DNA of 64,000 nucleotides from Hypanus sabinus (lineage: Eukaryota): NCBI RefSeq assembly GCF_030144855.1, contig NC_082713.1:156860001-156924000 (forward strand), written 5' to 3'. Made by a program: the position numbers and the translations under genes. Below are positions 51,800 through 62,734 of this stretch, one piece after another. Every line of letters begins with the position of its first letter. Within the stretch, counting starts at the first letter, position 1. The notes beneath the pieces were generated by a model that made no database searches, was not told the DNA's origin, and was given only the letters and a program-made list of their open reading frames with translations.

Positions 51800-51824
51800 A
51801 TTTTATTAGCTGGAATTTTAAAAC

Positions 51825-54800
51825 ATGGAAAGTATTTTACGTCCGGAAAAATTGGACATTGATCCTCAAGCCCCAGAAGCAGCTATTGCCTTTGAACTCT
51901 GGCTTGCATGCTTCCAATCATACTTGGAAGAGATTCCCGTGACTGAGCTTGCTATCATGCACAAAATCTTCCTCTCCAAGGTCAGTCCAAAGGTATACCC
52001 CCCTTATCAGAGACCTGCCGACCTACCAAGGGGCACTGGACGCCCTCAAAAGACAGTACCTGCAGCCAGTGAACACTGTCTATGCAAGACATCGCTTAGC
52101 GACACGGCAGCAGCAGGCCAGAGAGTCGAACGCTGAGTTTGTCCGAGCCCTACAGACACTCGTGCAGGCCTGCGACTGCAGGGGACTGACGGCGGAACAG
52201 CATGCAGAGCTCCTGGTGCGAGACACCTTTGTTACGGGGATCAGGTCAGCGTACGTGCGCCAGCGGCTGCTGGAAAATGCGGATCTTACCTTAAGCTCGG
52301 CAAGCGAGCTGGCCGACACGCTGGAAGCTGCTCTGCACAACACTGACGCTGTCCAGCCATGTGATCTCCCGCCCGCCTGTGGACGCCACAGACCCTGCCA
52401 CCTGGCCAATCGACGTCAGCTGCTGCCACTCGTGAGTCCATGAACTCCCCGCAACCCTCCGGCGAATCGACCACAGCTGCTGCCAGTTGCTAGTCCACGC
52501 AGTGTTACTTCTGCGGACTCCTAAAGCACCCCTGAAAACGCTGCCCGGCCCGAGAAGCTACCTGCTTCAGCTGTGGAAAGAAGGGCCATTTGGCCAAGGT
52601 CTGTAAATCTAAACCACGAGTGGGGTCGAGCAGCGCCGAGTGCGAGGCATGGGGGCCGCCATCTTAGTTGCCACCATCTTGCCTGCCCGCCTCGTGCGAG
52701 GCATGGGGGCGGCCATCTTTGTCGGCGCCACCTCGCCCCGCCTCCAACCTATGGATGCTTACCGGGTACTGAGACAGCGATTCAACTCTGGCCTCCATAA
52801 CCCTCGACCAAAGTGCCCCACACCAGCATGCAAGGTCAATGATGGACATCCTGGTGGAGGGGCACAGGACTAGCTGCCTGTTTGACACGGGCAGCACTGA
52901 GAGTTTTATTCACCTGGACATGGTGCAACGCTGCGGACTCGTGACACAGCCGGTAAGCCAGAGGGTCACCATGGCTTCTGGGTTGCATTCCACAGACATC
53001 CGGGGGGGTTATGTAGCAACATTGGTGGTGCAGGGCACAGAATATCGGGACTTTGCGCTACTGGTCATGCCTCAACTGTGTGTGCCTGTGCTATTGGGGC
53101 TGGACTTCCAGAGCCACCTAAAAAGTGTGACTATGGTATATGATGGGACCCTCCCACCACTCACTGTCAGGAATGCTCAGTTTTGTGGGACTTCGTCATA
53201 TACCCCACTACTGACCACACACACACACCGACCCGCACATCCTACCCAGCACCATGCCGACAGCTGTGCTACTGACACCGCTTGCAGCCTCTCCACCCTC
53301 AAGATCCCTCCCCACCACTGTTCGCCAACCTGGCCCCCGACTGTAAATCTGTGGCAACTAAATGCAGGAGGTTCAGCGCGGGGGACAGGCCCTTCATTCA
53401 GTTGGAGGTGCAGTGGCTGCTCAGGAAGGGGATCATTGAGCCAAGCACAAGTCCTTGGAGGACCCAGGTGGTTGTTGTTCAGATCAGGCAGAAAATAGGA
53501 TGGTCATGGACCTGACCATCAATAGGTTCACGCAGCTTGATGCGTATCCACTACCCCGCATCATGGATATGGTCAACCAGATAGGCGGCAGGCGGCAGGC
53601 TCTATCACTTCCTGCGCGTCCCCTTCGGTGTCATGAATGGTGTCTCTTTCTTCAGAGGGAAATGGACTGGATAGTGGACCAGTGCTAACTGAAGGCCACA
53701 TTTCCATATCTGGATAACGTCACCATCTGCGGTCACGACTGGCAGGATCACAACACCAACCTCCAACGATTTTTCCAAGTGGCCAAAGCTCTGAACCTTA
53801 CCTATAACAGGGACAAGTGTGTGTTCAGAACCACCCGACTCGCTATCCTTGGGTATGTCATGGAGAACGGGGTCATTGGCCCTGATCCCGACCGTATGCG
53901 CCCCCTGTTAGAACTCCCTCTTCCCACCACCCTCAGAGCCCTCAGATGGTGCCTGGGCTTCTTTTTCTATTATGCCCAATGGGTCCCTCATTACGCAGAC
54001 AAGGCCCGCCCCCTGGTCAAGTCCACCACATTTCCCCACTCAGCCGAGGCCCACACGGCCTTCAGCCACATTAAAGGGGACATTGCCAAAGCAACAGTGC
54101 ATGCGGTGGACGAGACCATTCCCTTCCAAGTAGAGAGTGAACTTCGTGCTGGCTGCTACCCTCAGTCAGGCAGGCAGGCCAGTAGCATTCTTCTCTCGTA
54201 CCCTTCAAGGCCCTGAAATACGGCACTCCGCGGTGGAGAAAGGAGCTCAGGCCATGGTGGAAGCTATTAGGCACTGGAGGCACTATCTCGCTGGCAAAAG
54301 GTTCACCTTGCTGACCAACCAGCGCTCAGTTGCGTTCATGTTTAGCAACCAACAGCGAGGCAAAATCAAAAATGATAAAATTTTGCGGTGGAGAATAGAA
54401 CTCTCCACCTACAACTATGATATCCTGTACCAGCCTGGAAGACTCAATGAGCCCCCTGATGCCCTATCCCTGGGAGTGTGTGCCAGCGCGCAGCTCGACC
54501 AACTATACACCCTCCATGCAGATCTTTGCCACCCGGGGGTCACCCGATTTTACCATTTCGTGAAAGCCCGGAACCTGCCATACTCCCTGGAGGACATCAG
54601 GACGATGACCAGGGACTGCCAAGTCTGCGCTGAGTGCAAACCGCACTTCTACCGTCCTGAAAAGGCACAACTTATCAAGGCCACCCGCCCCTTTGAGCGA
54701 CTGAGTGTCGACTTTAAGGGCCCCCTTCCCTCCACCGACCGCAATGTCTACTTTCTCAACATAATCGACGAGTACTCGCGGTTCCCCTTTGCCATCCCTT

Positions 54801-55372
54801 GCCCCAATACCACTGCCACATCCGTCATAAAAGCCCTGCGCCAGCTCTTCACTCTGTTCGGATATCCTTGCTATATCCACAGTGATAGAGGGTCCTCCTT
54901 TATGAGTGACGAGCTGCGCCAGTACCTGCTGGCTAGGGGCATTGCTACTAGTAGGACCACGAGCTATAATCCCTGGGGAAATGGACAGGTGGGGAGAATG
55001 CCACAGTGTGGAAGGCCACACTTTTAGCCCTTAAGTCAAATGGGTTGCCGGTCTCTCGCTGGCAGGAGGTCCTCCCCGAGCACTCCACTTCATCCGCTCC
55101 CTTTTATGTACGTCCACCAATGCCACCCCTCATGAGCGCCTCTTTTCTTTTCCCAGGAAGTCTGCCACTGGGACCACCCTACAGGCTTGGCTGACGTCCC
55201 CAGGGCCAGGGCTGCTCCAGAAACATGCGAGGAGCAATAAATACTCTCCGCTGGTCGAGAGGGTTCACCTTCTACATGCGAACCCCCAGTATGCCTACGT
55301 GGTCTTACCTGATGGGCGGGAGGACACGGTCTCCGTCCGCGACCTGGCGCCCGCAGGAGCAGCAGACCACTA
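51825..55372 (+). pseudogene. Gypsy gag-pol with frameshifts and stops
   Basis: Split across ORFs 51825-52136, 51949-52443, 52839-53498, 53282-53515, 53455-53688, 53779-54216 and 54137-55027. Confidence 0.9.
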
Positions 55373-55904
55373 GCCCGAACACTCCACGGTAACTATGAAC
55401 CCTGTACTCACCGAGGTGTATACCCACCTGACACCACGCACACCAAGCCCTACACAGACTCCTTACGACACTCCCATACCGGGCGCCTCGCACACGCATG
55501 AGGGATCACTGACGCCTAATGGGCTGACACCTCAAGTCAGGCTGGAACCAGCACAACCACCGTCTCCAGTGCAATCACCACTGGCACCGGTGCAATCACT
55601 GCCGGTGCTACGTAGATCGCAGCGACAGATTCGACCACCTGATAGACTTAACCTGTAAATATATTTGTAAGAAACTTCGCCCCATGGGGACTCTCTTTTA
55701 AAACAAAGGGGGGGTGGTGAATGTGGTGAACTACATATACCTGTCTGGACACGCCTCCCCCCCCCCCCCCGCCTGAATTAGTCTCTATTAGCCTTTCACA
55801 AGTGATGGGGCAAGATTTGTCTATTCCTCCTTGCAAAATTTCTTAATCTATGCCGGTTAATTGGGGAAAGGCAGTGGACAAAAATCTTGATGTCTTGCCA
55901 GAGA

Positions 55905-56215
55905 TGAGAAAATCCCCTAAAGGCAAGTTTAATTTGCAGGTTGAGTGTGGTGAGGAAGACAAATGCAATGTTGGCATTCATTCCAAGTGGATGAGAATGT
56001 AAAGGTAAGGATGTAATGTTAAAACTTTACAAAGCACTGGTGAGGTCTCAGTTGGAGTATTGTGAGCAGTTTTGGGCCCTTTATCTTAGAAAGGATGTGC
56101 TGAAATTGGAGAGTGTTCAATGGAGGTTCACAAAAATGATTCTGGGATTGAATGGCTTATATGAAGAGTGTTTATATGAAGGGCTTGTATTCACTACAGT
56201 TCAGAAGAATGAGGG
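55905..56215 (+). mobile_element. CR1 RT fragment within the Tc1
   Basis: MLKLYKALVRSQLEYCEQFWALYLRKDV. Confidence 0.8.
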
Positions 56216-57574
56216 AGCCACTATGACTGGGCCACTCAAGGACATCATTTAAAGATACTCCTTGGTTGCTCTTGTGGTGGGCTTTGGGTTGTTGTTTTGC
56301 AGAAAGACAAACTTCTTCCCCAGTTTAAGCTTTCTGCAGAGGTTAGCAGATCTTTATCCAGGATCTCTTTGTATTTAGCACCATTCATCTTCAGATCAAT
56401 CCTGACCAGATTTCTAGTCCCTGCTGCTGGGAAACATCCCTATAGCGTGATGCTACCGCCACTATACTTTGCAGTAGGGATGGTGTTTCCTAATTGAAGC
56501 ACATTGTTAGATTTACACCACACATACTGCTTAGTGTTGAGGCCAAAAAGTTCCACTTTGGTTTCATCTGACCACAAGACCTTCTTCCACATCTTTACAG
56601 TGTCTTCGAAGTGACACTTTGCTAAGTCTTTACAGGCAAGGATATGCTTTTTTTTAATGGTGTATGTGGCATAAAGATAATACTCTGCATCAGCCAGGTA
56701 ACACCATCCATAGTGTAAATTATGGTGGAGGTATCAGCATGCTATACTCATTTATGTGAACAAATGGTTGGGGGCTGAATACTTTTTCAAGGCAGGGTAA
56801 CTATATTCACAGGTCAGAGATGCATCTGATTTTCTGTTGGAGGGTGCTAAATTGTGTATTTTTGCAGGATTTGAAATGTCTGCACATTAGCTGGCATTGT
56901 GCTGTTTCATAAATCAGTGACATAATGTTTAGAAGAAAGGAAATGTGGAGCAAAAAAAAACGTTTTGACAGAGAAATCCCGACACAGGAAGGAAGTATAG
57001 ATGAAATTCTCTACAAAAGAACTGCATATGAAATCAGTACCATATTCATCACTGCCAGTTTAAAGCTTTTGCACACCAAACAGTGTTTAATCATACTAGT
57101 CAATTTTAATTTAAAACAATTGACATAGCATATGACATAGACTTATTTAATACATGCATGCACCTCCTTTTGCTTTTTAAGTGCTAATTGGTGAATTGTT
57201 ATGAAGACTAAGTTCCTGAATTCAAAGGATGTTAGTTTCCTTTTGTAGTTGTAGGATACATCCTCGGCTCTCACCATTTTCATTTAGTAGCATCAATCAA
57301 TTCAGTGCAAAATAGCATTCCATGTGACATAGTAGCCTGTTTTATGCATTTGCTGTCATATCACTGATACATTTGCACGTATGGTCCAAAATGTCTGGCC
57401 CAGCTAGATGCCAAATTGAAGATACATCCATATAGCCCCATTCCTGAATATTCATATGACTGTCTAAAAGTCTCCAGCGTACAGCCATGGAGTACCAAAG
57501 CATAGTCTGCTGATTGGGAAATCATGGAGTGAATTGGAGATGGTTCCTTGTGGACTTTAAACACTATATTAAAG

Positions 57575-60194
57575 CGGAAGATTCCTTGGGTTATTTGTAA
57601 TTAGGCAAGGGCCAATAAAAGGAAGTGAGTTGTATATGAGGAGCCATTATGGAATGCTCCTCCTGTAAGATGTGGGATTGAGGGTGCCTAACAGTCTACC
57701 TCATGACTACATCTGCAGGAAGTGCACGCAACTTCAGCTCCTGACTGACAAAGCCAAGAAACTGAAGCTGGATCTGGATGTACTCAGGACCGTACAGGTG
57801 GCTGAAACCCTCGTGGATGAGACTTTACTGAGGTGGTCACACCAATAGTGCAGCCTTCAGGAGAAGTAAGGGGAGGAAGTAGTTAGTGCAGGGTTTTCCC
57901 ATATCCATTGTCCTCAGCAATAACCTTGGATACTGCTGGGGAGGGGTGACCTATTAGGACAGAACAGCAGCAGCCAGGCCAGTGGCACTGTGGTCAACTC
58001 TGAGGCTCAGCAAGGAAGAGTAATGTCAGAAAGAGCATTAGTGGTAGGAGACTCGATAGTTAGGGGATGGATAAGAGATAATGTGGGTCCAAGATGGTGT
58101 GATACCTCCCAGGTGTTAGGGTCAAAGATGTCTCAGAGCAGCTGCAGAATATTTTCAAGAAGAAGGGTGAGTAGCCAGAGTTTGTAGTGTACATTGGCAC
58201 CAATGTGACATAGGTAGAAAGGGGGAAGAGGTCCTGCACAGTGAATATAGGGAGTAAGGGAAGAGGCTAAAGAGCAGGACCTGCAAGGTAATAATCTCTG
58301 GATTATGCCCAGTGCTACATGCTAGTCAGGGCCGGAATAGGGTGATAGAACAAATAATGAGTTGCTGAGGAACTGATGTAGGAGGCAGGGTTTTGGATTT
58401 CTGGATCATTGGGAAATCCTGGCAAGAGTTTAAAGTAAGTTGGCAGGGGATGGGAACTAGCGTGATAGAGATGTGGATCAGGCAGTTAGTATAGAAGTAG
58501 TTATAGTGTATTGAAAGACCATGAGGAAGGACAGGCAGATGATAGGGTAAAGTTGGAGATATTGGGATGAGTTGAAGTGAAACATGAGAGCAAAGTCAAA
58601 AAGGGTGATGGATACAGAACTGAAGGTGTGATATTTGAATACACGTAAAATATGAAATAAGAAAGATGACCTTATAGAATGGTTCGAGATAGTCAGGTAT
58701 GATAGTGCAGCCATCACTGAGTCATGGCTGGAGATCATAGTTGAGAGCTTAACATCTAAGGATTCACTTTGTATTGAAAGGATAGGTAGGTAGACAGAGG
58801 GGGTGGGGTGGTTCTGTTGGTAAAAAGTGAAATCAAATCCTGAGAAAGGGGTTGCATAGAATTGGAAGATGTAGAATCCTTTTGGGTAGAGTTAAGGAAA
58901 TACTAGAGTAAATAGATCCTCATGGGAGTTATATACAGGCCTCCAAGCAGTAGCCAGGATGTGGGGTACAAATTCAATGGGAGATGGAAAACATATGTAA
59001 AAAGGGCAATGTTACAACAGTTCTGGAAGGTTTCAATATGCAGATAGATTGGGAAAATCAGGTTGGTGCATTATCCCAAGTGATGGAATTTGTAGTGTGC
59101 CTTCAAGGTGGCTTTTTAAAGCAGCTTGTGGGTTGAGCCCACTAGGGAAAAGGCAATTCTGGATGGGGTATTGTGTAATGAACTAGATTTGATTAGCAAG
59201 CTTAAGGTAAAGGAACCCTTAAAATAGAATTTACCCTATATATAGAGGTAGAAACTCAAGTCAAATATCTCAGTATTAGAGTGGAGTAAAGGAGATTACA
59301 GAGCATGAGAGAGGAGCTGGACAAAGTTGATTGGAAGGGTCACTAGCAGGGATGACTGCCGAACAACAATAGCGGGAGTTTCTGGGGACAATTTGGAAGC
59401 CGCAGGATAGATACCCAAAGATGAAGAAGTATTCTAAAAGGAGGATGAGGCAACCATGGCTGACAAGGTAAGTCAAAAGCAGCATAAAAACAAAGAAGGG
59501 GGCATATAATATTGAAGGTTAGAGGATTGGGAAGCTATTAAAAAAAAAACAACATAAAGCAACTTAAAGCAAACCATAATAAGAGAACAGATGAATTTGA
59601 AGGTAAACAAGCCAATAATATAAAAAAGGATACCAAAGATTTTTTCAGATATGCAAAGTAAAAGAGAGGTGAGAGTGGATATTGGACCATTAGAAAATGA
59701 TGCTGGAGACATAGTCATGAAGGACAAAGAAATGGCAAGCAAACTTACAAAATATGTTGAGTCAGTCTTCACTTTGGAAGACCCTAGCAGTTTGCCAGAA
59801 ATTAGTGTCACAGGCAGAAGTGAACATAGTTGCTATTACTAAGGAGAAGGTACGTGGGAAGCTCAAAAGTCTGAAGGTAGGTAAGTCATCTGGACCAGAC
59901 GGACTACACCCCAGGATTCTAAAAGAGGTAGGTGAAGAAATTGTGGAGCCATTGGTAATGAATCACTAGATTCTGGAGTGGTTCCAGAGGACTGGAAAAT
60001 TGCAACTATCACTCTAAGAAGGGAAGGAGGGAGGCAGAAGAAAGGAAATTATAGGCCAGTTAGCCTAACTTCAGTGGTTGGGAAGATATTGGAGTCCATT
60101 ATTAAGGATGTGGTTTTGGGGTACTTAGAAATACAGGATAAAGTAGGCTAATGTCAGCATGGATTCCTTAGGAGGACAAATTGTCCGACAAATC
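57575..60194 (+). mobile_element. Decayed CR1 LINE 5' two-thirds (ORF1, APE, start of RT), 3'-truncated
   Basis: LVVGDSIVRG, CSSC..W and C.KC ORF1 motifs, KSSGPDGLHPRILKE and NYRPVSLTS. Confidence 0.88.
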
Positions 60195-61538
60195 ACAAAG
60201 ATTCAAAGCACATTTATTATCAAAAAATGTGCAAGTTATACACCTTGAAAATTGTCTGCTTATAGGCAGCCGCAAATCAAGGGGGAGGGGAGAGATTAAA
60301 CAAAAGACCTAACACCACTGCACAGAGAAAGAGAGCAAAATTATACTGTTCAAGCAATAGAAGCAAGCCGACAATATCCCGAACCAGACTGAGTCCCAGA
60401 TCCTCTCTTGGAATAGCCAGAGTAGGCCCAAACCAATCCTCGGTCCCCACTTTGCACAGCAGCAGGGCAGAAACACCGTGCAGCCAACTCAGCCTCCAAC
60501 CTGATTTTTGCTAATCTACCTGCACATTGAAATCTTCCACGACTGTTGTAACATGGCACGTTTTACATGTGTTTTCTATCTCCCATTGCAATTTGTACCC
60601 CACAGATAACGCTCAGCCCACTGAGTTCCTCCAGCAGATTGTCACTCCAGCCTCCAGCGTTTTTTGTCTCTATGACTTATAAATATATCTATATTAGGAA
60701 GACATTTTGATCAAGCAGCTATAATAATAAAATCTAAAGTACAGACACTCACTAAAAAGATACATTTTGCAATCACTTGTTTTGCTGGGATATATTTTAA
60801 TGCATTATAATTGTTGTAATTTGTTCAAATGATTTGTAGAAAACACAATGTGTACTTTGTGATTGGCATTATTTTACACTTGATAGTTATTTTAATATAT
60901 GCCCAGTAATTTGATGTTTATATCATTTTTATTTTTCTGCTGTTGTTACCGTTTTTACTTGAGTATTTTGAATACCAGCTCATTTTTGGGATCTCTGGAA
61001 TTTGCCTACTACCTAAAGTAATGACACACCAGAAGGTAAAACTAGAACCTCCACTAATGGTATGCAACAGTGTAAATTTAATTGATATTGTTTTCCATTA
61101 AATAAACTTCATCTTTTTTGAGTTGCAGCTTAAAGCTGAAAAACAGTAGCATTTTCGTACCACAATGGTTTATTGATTACTTTACTTGCAACATTTATTT
61201 TTATTTGATGTCATGCAAATTTTAAAATCCTGATATTTAATGTCAAGGTTGAATGTTATTCATGTCTCAAAATTAAGAATTAACTGTTCTTTCTCATCAC
61301 AGGCTGCACAAATAATTGAACCTGTTTAATTACACCAAGCAAGTAAATATTAAATTAACTTTAAAACATACATTAAAAGTTGTCTTGTATTATCTTTTTG
61401 AAGATACCCCAGAATGCAGTTTGCATCTCAATCTGCATTTACACAAAGGGTAATTGAAATTGTTATCACAATTTCTTGCAACCAATTTAAATCACAAGTT
61501 TATTTGCATATGAAAGTTAAGTATCTAGATCATGACAG

Positions 61539-62130
61539 TACACTCAGTGGCCACTTTATTAGATTCATCTGCTTGTTAATGCAAACTTCTAATTAGCCAA
61601 TCGTGGCAGCAGTGCAATGCCTAAAAGTGTAAAGACATGGTGAAGAGGTTCAGTTGTTGTTCAGATCAAACATCGGAATGGGGAAAGAATATGATCTAAT
61701 TGACTTTGACTGTGGAATGATTGTTGGTGCCAGATGGGGTGGTTTGAGTATCTCAGAAATTGCTGATTTCCTGAGATTTTCACGCACAACAATCTCTAGT
61801 GCAGGGGTTCCCAGCCATTCTTGTGCCATGGAGCCTTGCCATTAACCAAGGAATCCTTGGACCCCAGGTTGGGAACCCCGCAGAGTTTACAGAGAATGGT
61901 GTTTTAAAAAAACACAGAAACATCCAGTGAGCACCAACTCTGCAGATGAAAATACCTTGTTGATGAAGACCCACAGAAGATAGCCAAGCTGGTTCAAACT
62001 GACAGGAAGTCAACAGTAATTCAAATTACAACAGTAGTGTGCAGAAGAGCATCTGAATGCACAACACCTGAAATGGATGGGCTACAGCAGCAGAAGACCA
62101 CAAACCTACACTCAGTGGCCACTGAGTGTA
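61539..62130 (+). mobile_element. Non-autonomous Tc1-like element
   Basis: TA-CACTCAGTGGCCAC...GTGGCCACTGAGTG-TA termini; remnant MGKEYDLIDFDCGMIVGARWGGLSISEIADFL. Confidence 0.85.
61802..61881. mobile_element. Small hAT-type MITE nested in the Tc1-like element
   Basis: caggggttcccagcc...ggttgggaacccc inverted ends; absent from the sister copy near 28050. Confidence 0.65.
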
Positions 62131-62734
62131 GACTTCCAGATAAAAATAATCGACTTTACTTATTGTATTTGGGTTGAAAAAACACTTTTTTAATCACAGT
62201 GGATTTATCAAATGAATGATGATTTGTATCTTTTAAAAGTATGTTTAAGTAAGCTGAACGGGTTGTTCTGTTTCTTTTAAGATCCCTTTTAGTTCTGTCT
62301 TTGCAAAGCCTCCCACAGCTTTTCATATTTTTTTAATAATTGTATGGATTTGACTTGTGTAACATGTTGTCTCTCAGTGTAATTACAGTATGTTGGAAGT
62401 ATAATCTGGTTGTCACACTTATCAAAGAGCTCAATATTTGTATATCTCTGTAATGCATGTATGTTAAAGTTTTTTAAAACATTAACTTTTCATATTATTA
62501 AAACCATATAATGTTTTCCAATTAAAAAACATAAAGGAAAACTGTTTACTGATTGAAACTAATTTCAGATTCAGATTCAGTTTATTGTCATTTAGATACC
62601 ACAAATGCAATGCAGTTTTAAAAAATGAAACAATGTTCCTCCAGAATGATATCACAAAAGCATTTGACAAAACAGACTACACTAGAAAATCCATATAACG
62701 TTTGACAATCCCCAATCCAGAGTCCGGAGAGGCT

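Larger units (their letters stand above)
51578..55776 (+). mobile_element. Ty3/Gypsy LTR retrotransposon, defective
   Basis: 5' LTR 51578-51799 (TG...CA). gag starts at 51825 with CCHC CFSCGKKGHLAKVC. Protease LFDTGSTESFI; RT YPLP..VPFG..YLDN with an internal deletion near 53583; RNase H; integrase HPGV..CQVC, DFKGP, DEYSRF, HSDRGSSF. Order is PR-RT-RH-IN. PPT at 55700-55721; 3' LTR remnant at 55722-55776. Confidence 0.95.
50824..56797 (-). mobile_element. Tc1-like DNA transposon remnant hosting nested CR1 and Gypsy insertions
   Basis: ~54-bp TIRs (cagtgccttgataaagtattgagcccccaacc... and ...ggttgggggctgaatactttttcaaggcaggg) flanked by TA. Minus-strand transposase remnants WKKVLWSDETKVELFG (~56540-56590) and HLWQDIKIFVH (~55870-55905). 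Confidence 0.85.

Noticed and set aside
54137-55027. 296-aa RNase H/integrase ORF as a domesticated gene
   Set aside because: Lies within the LTR element and frameshifts at the catalytic E region (NGQV|E).
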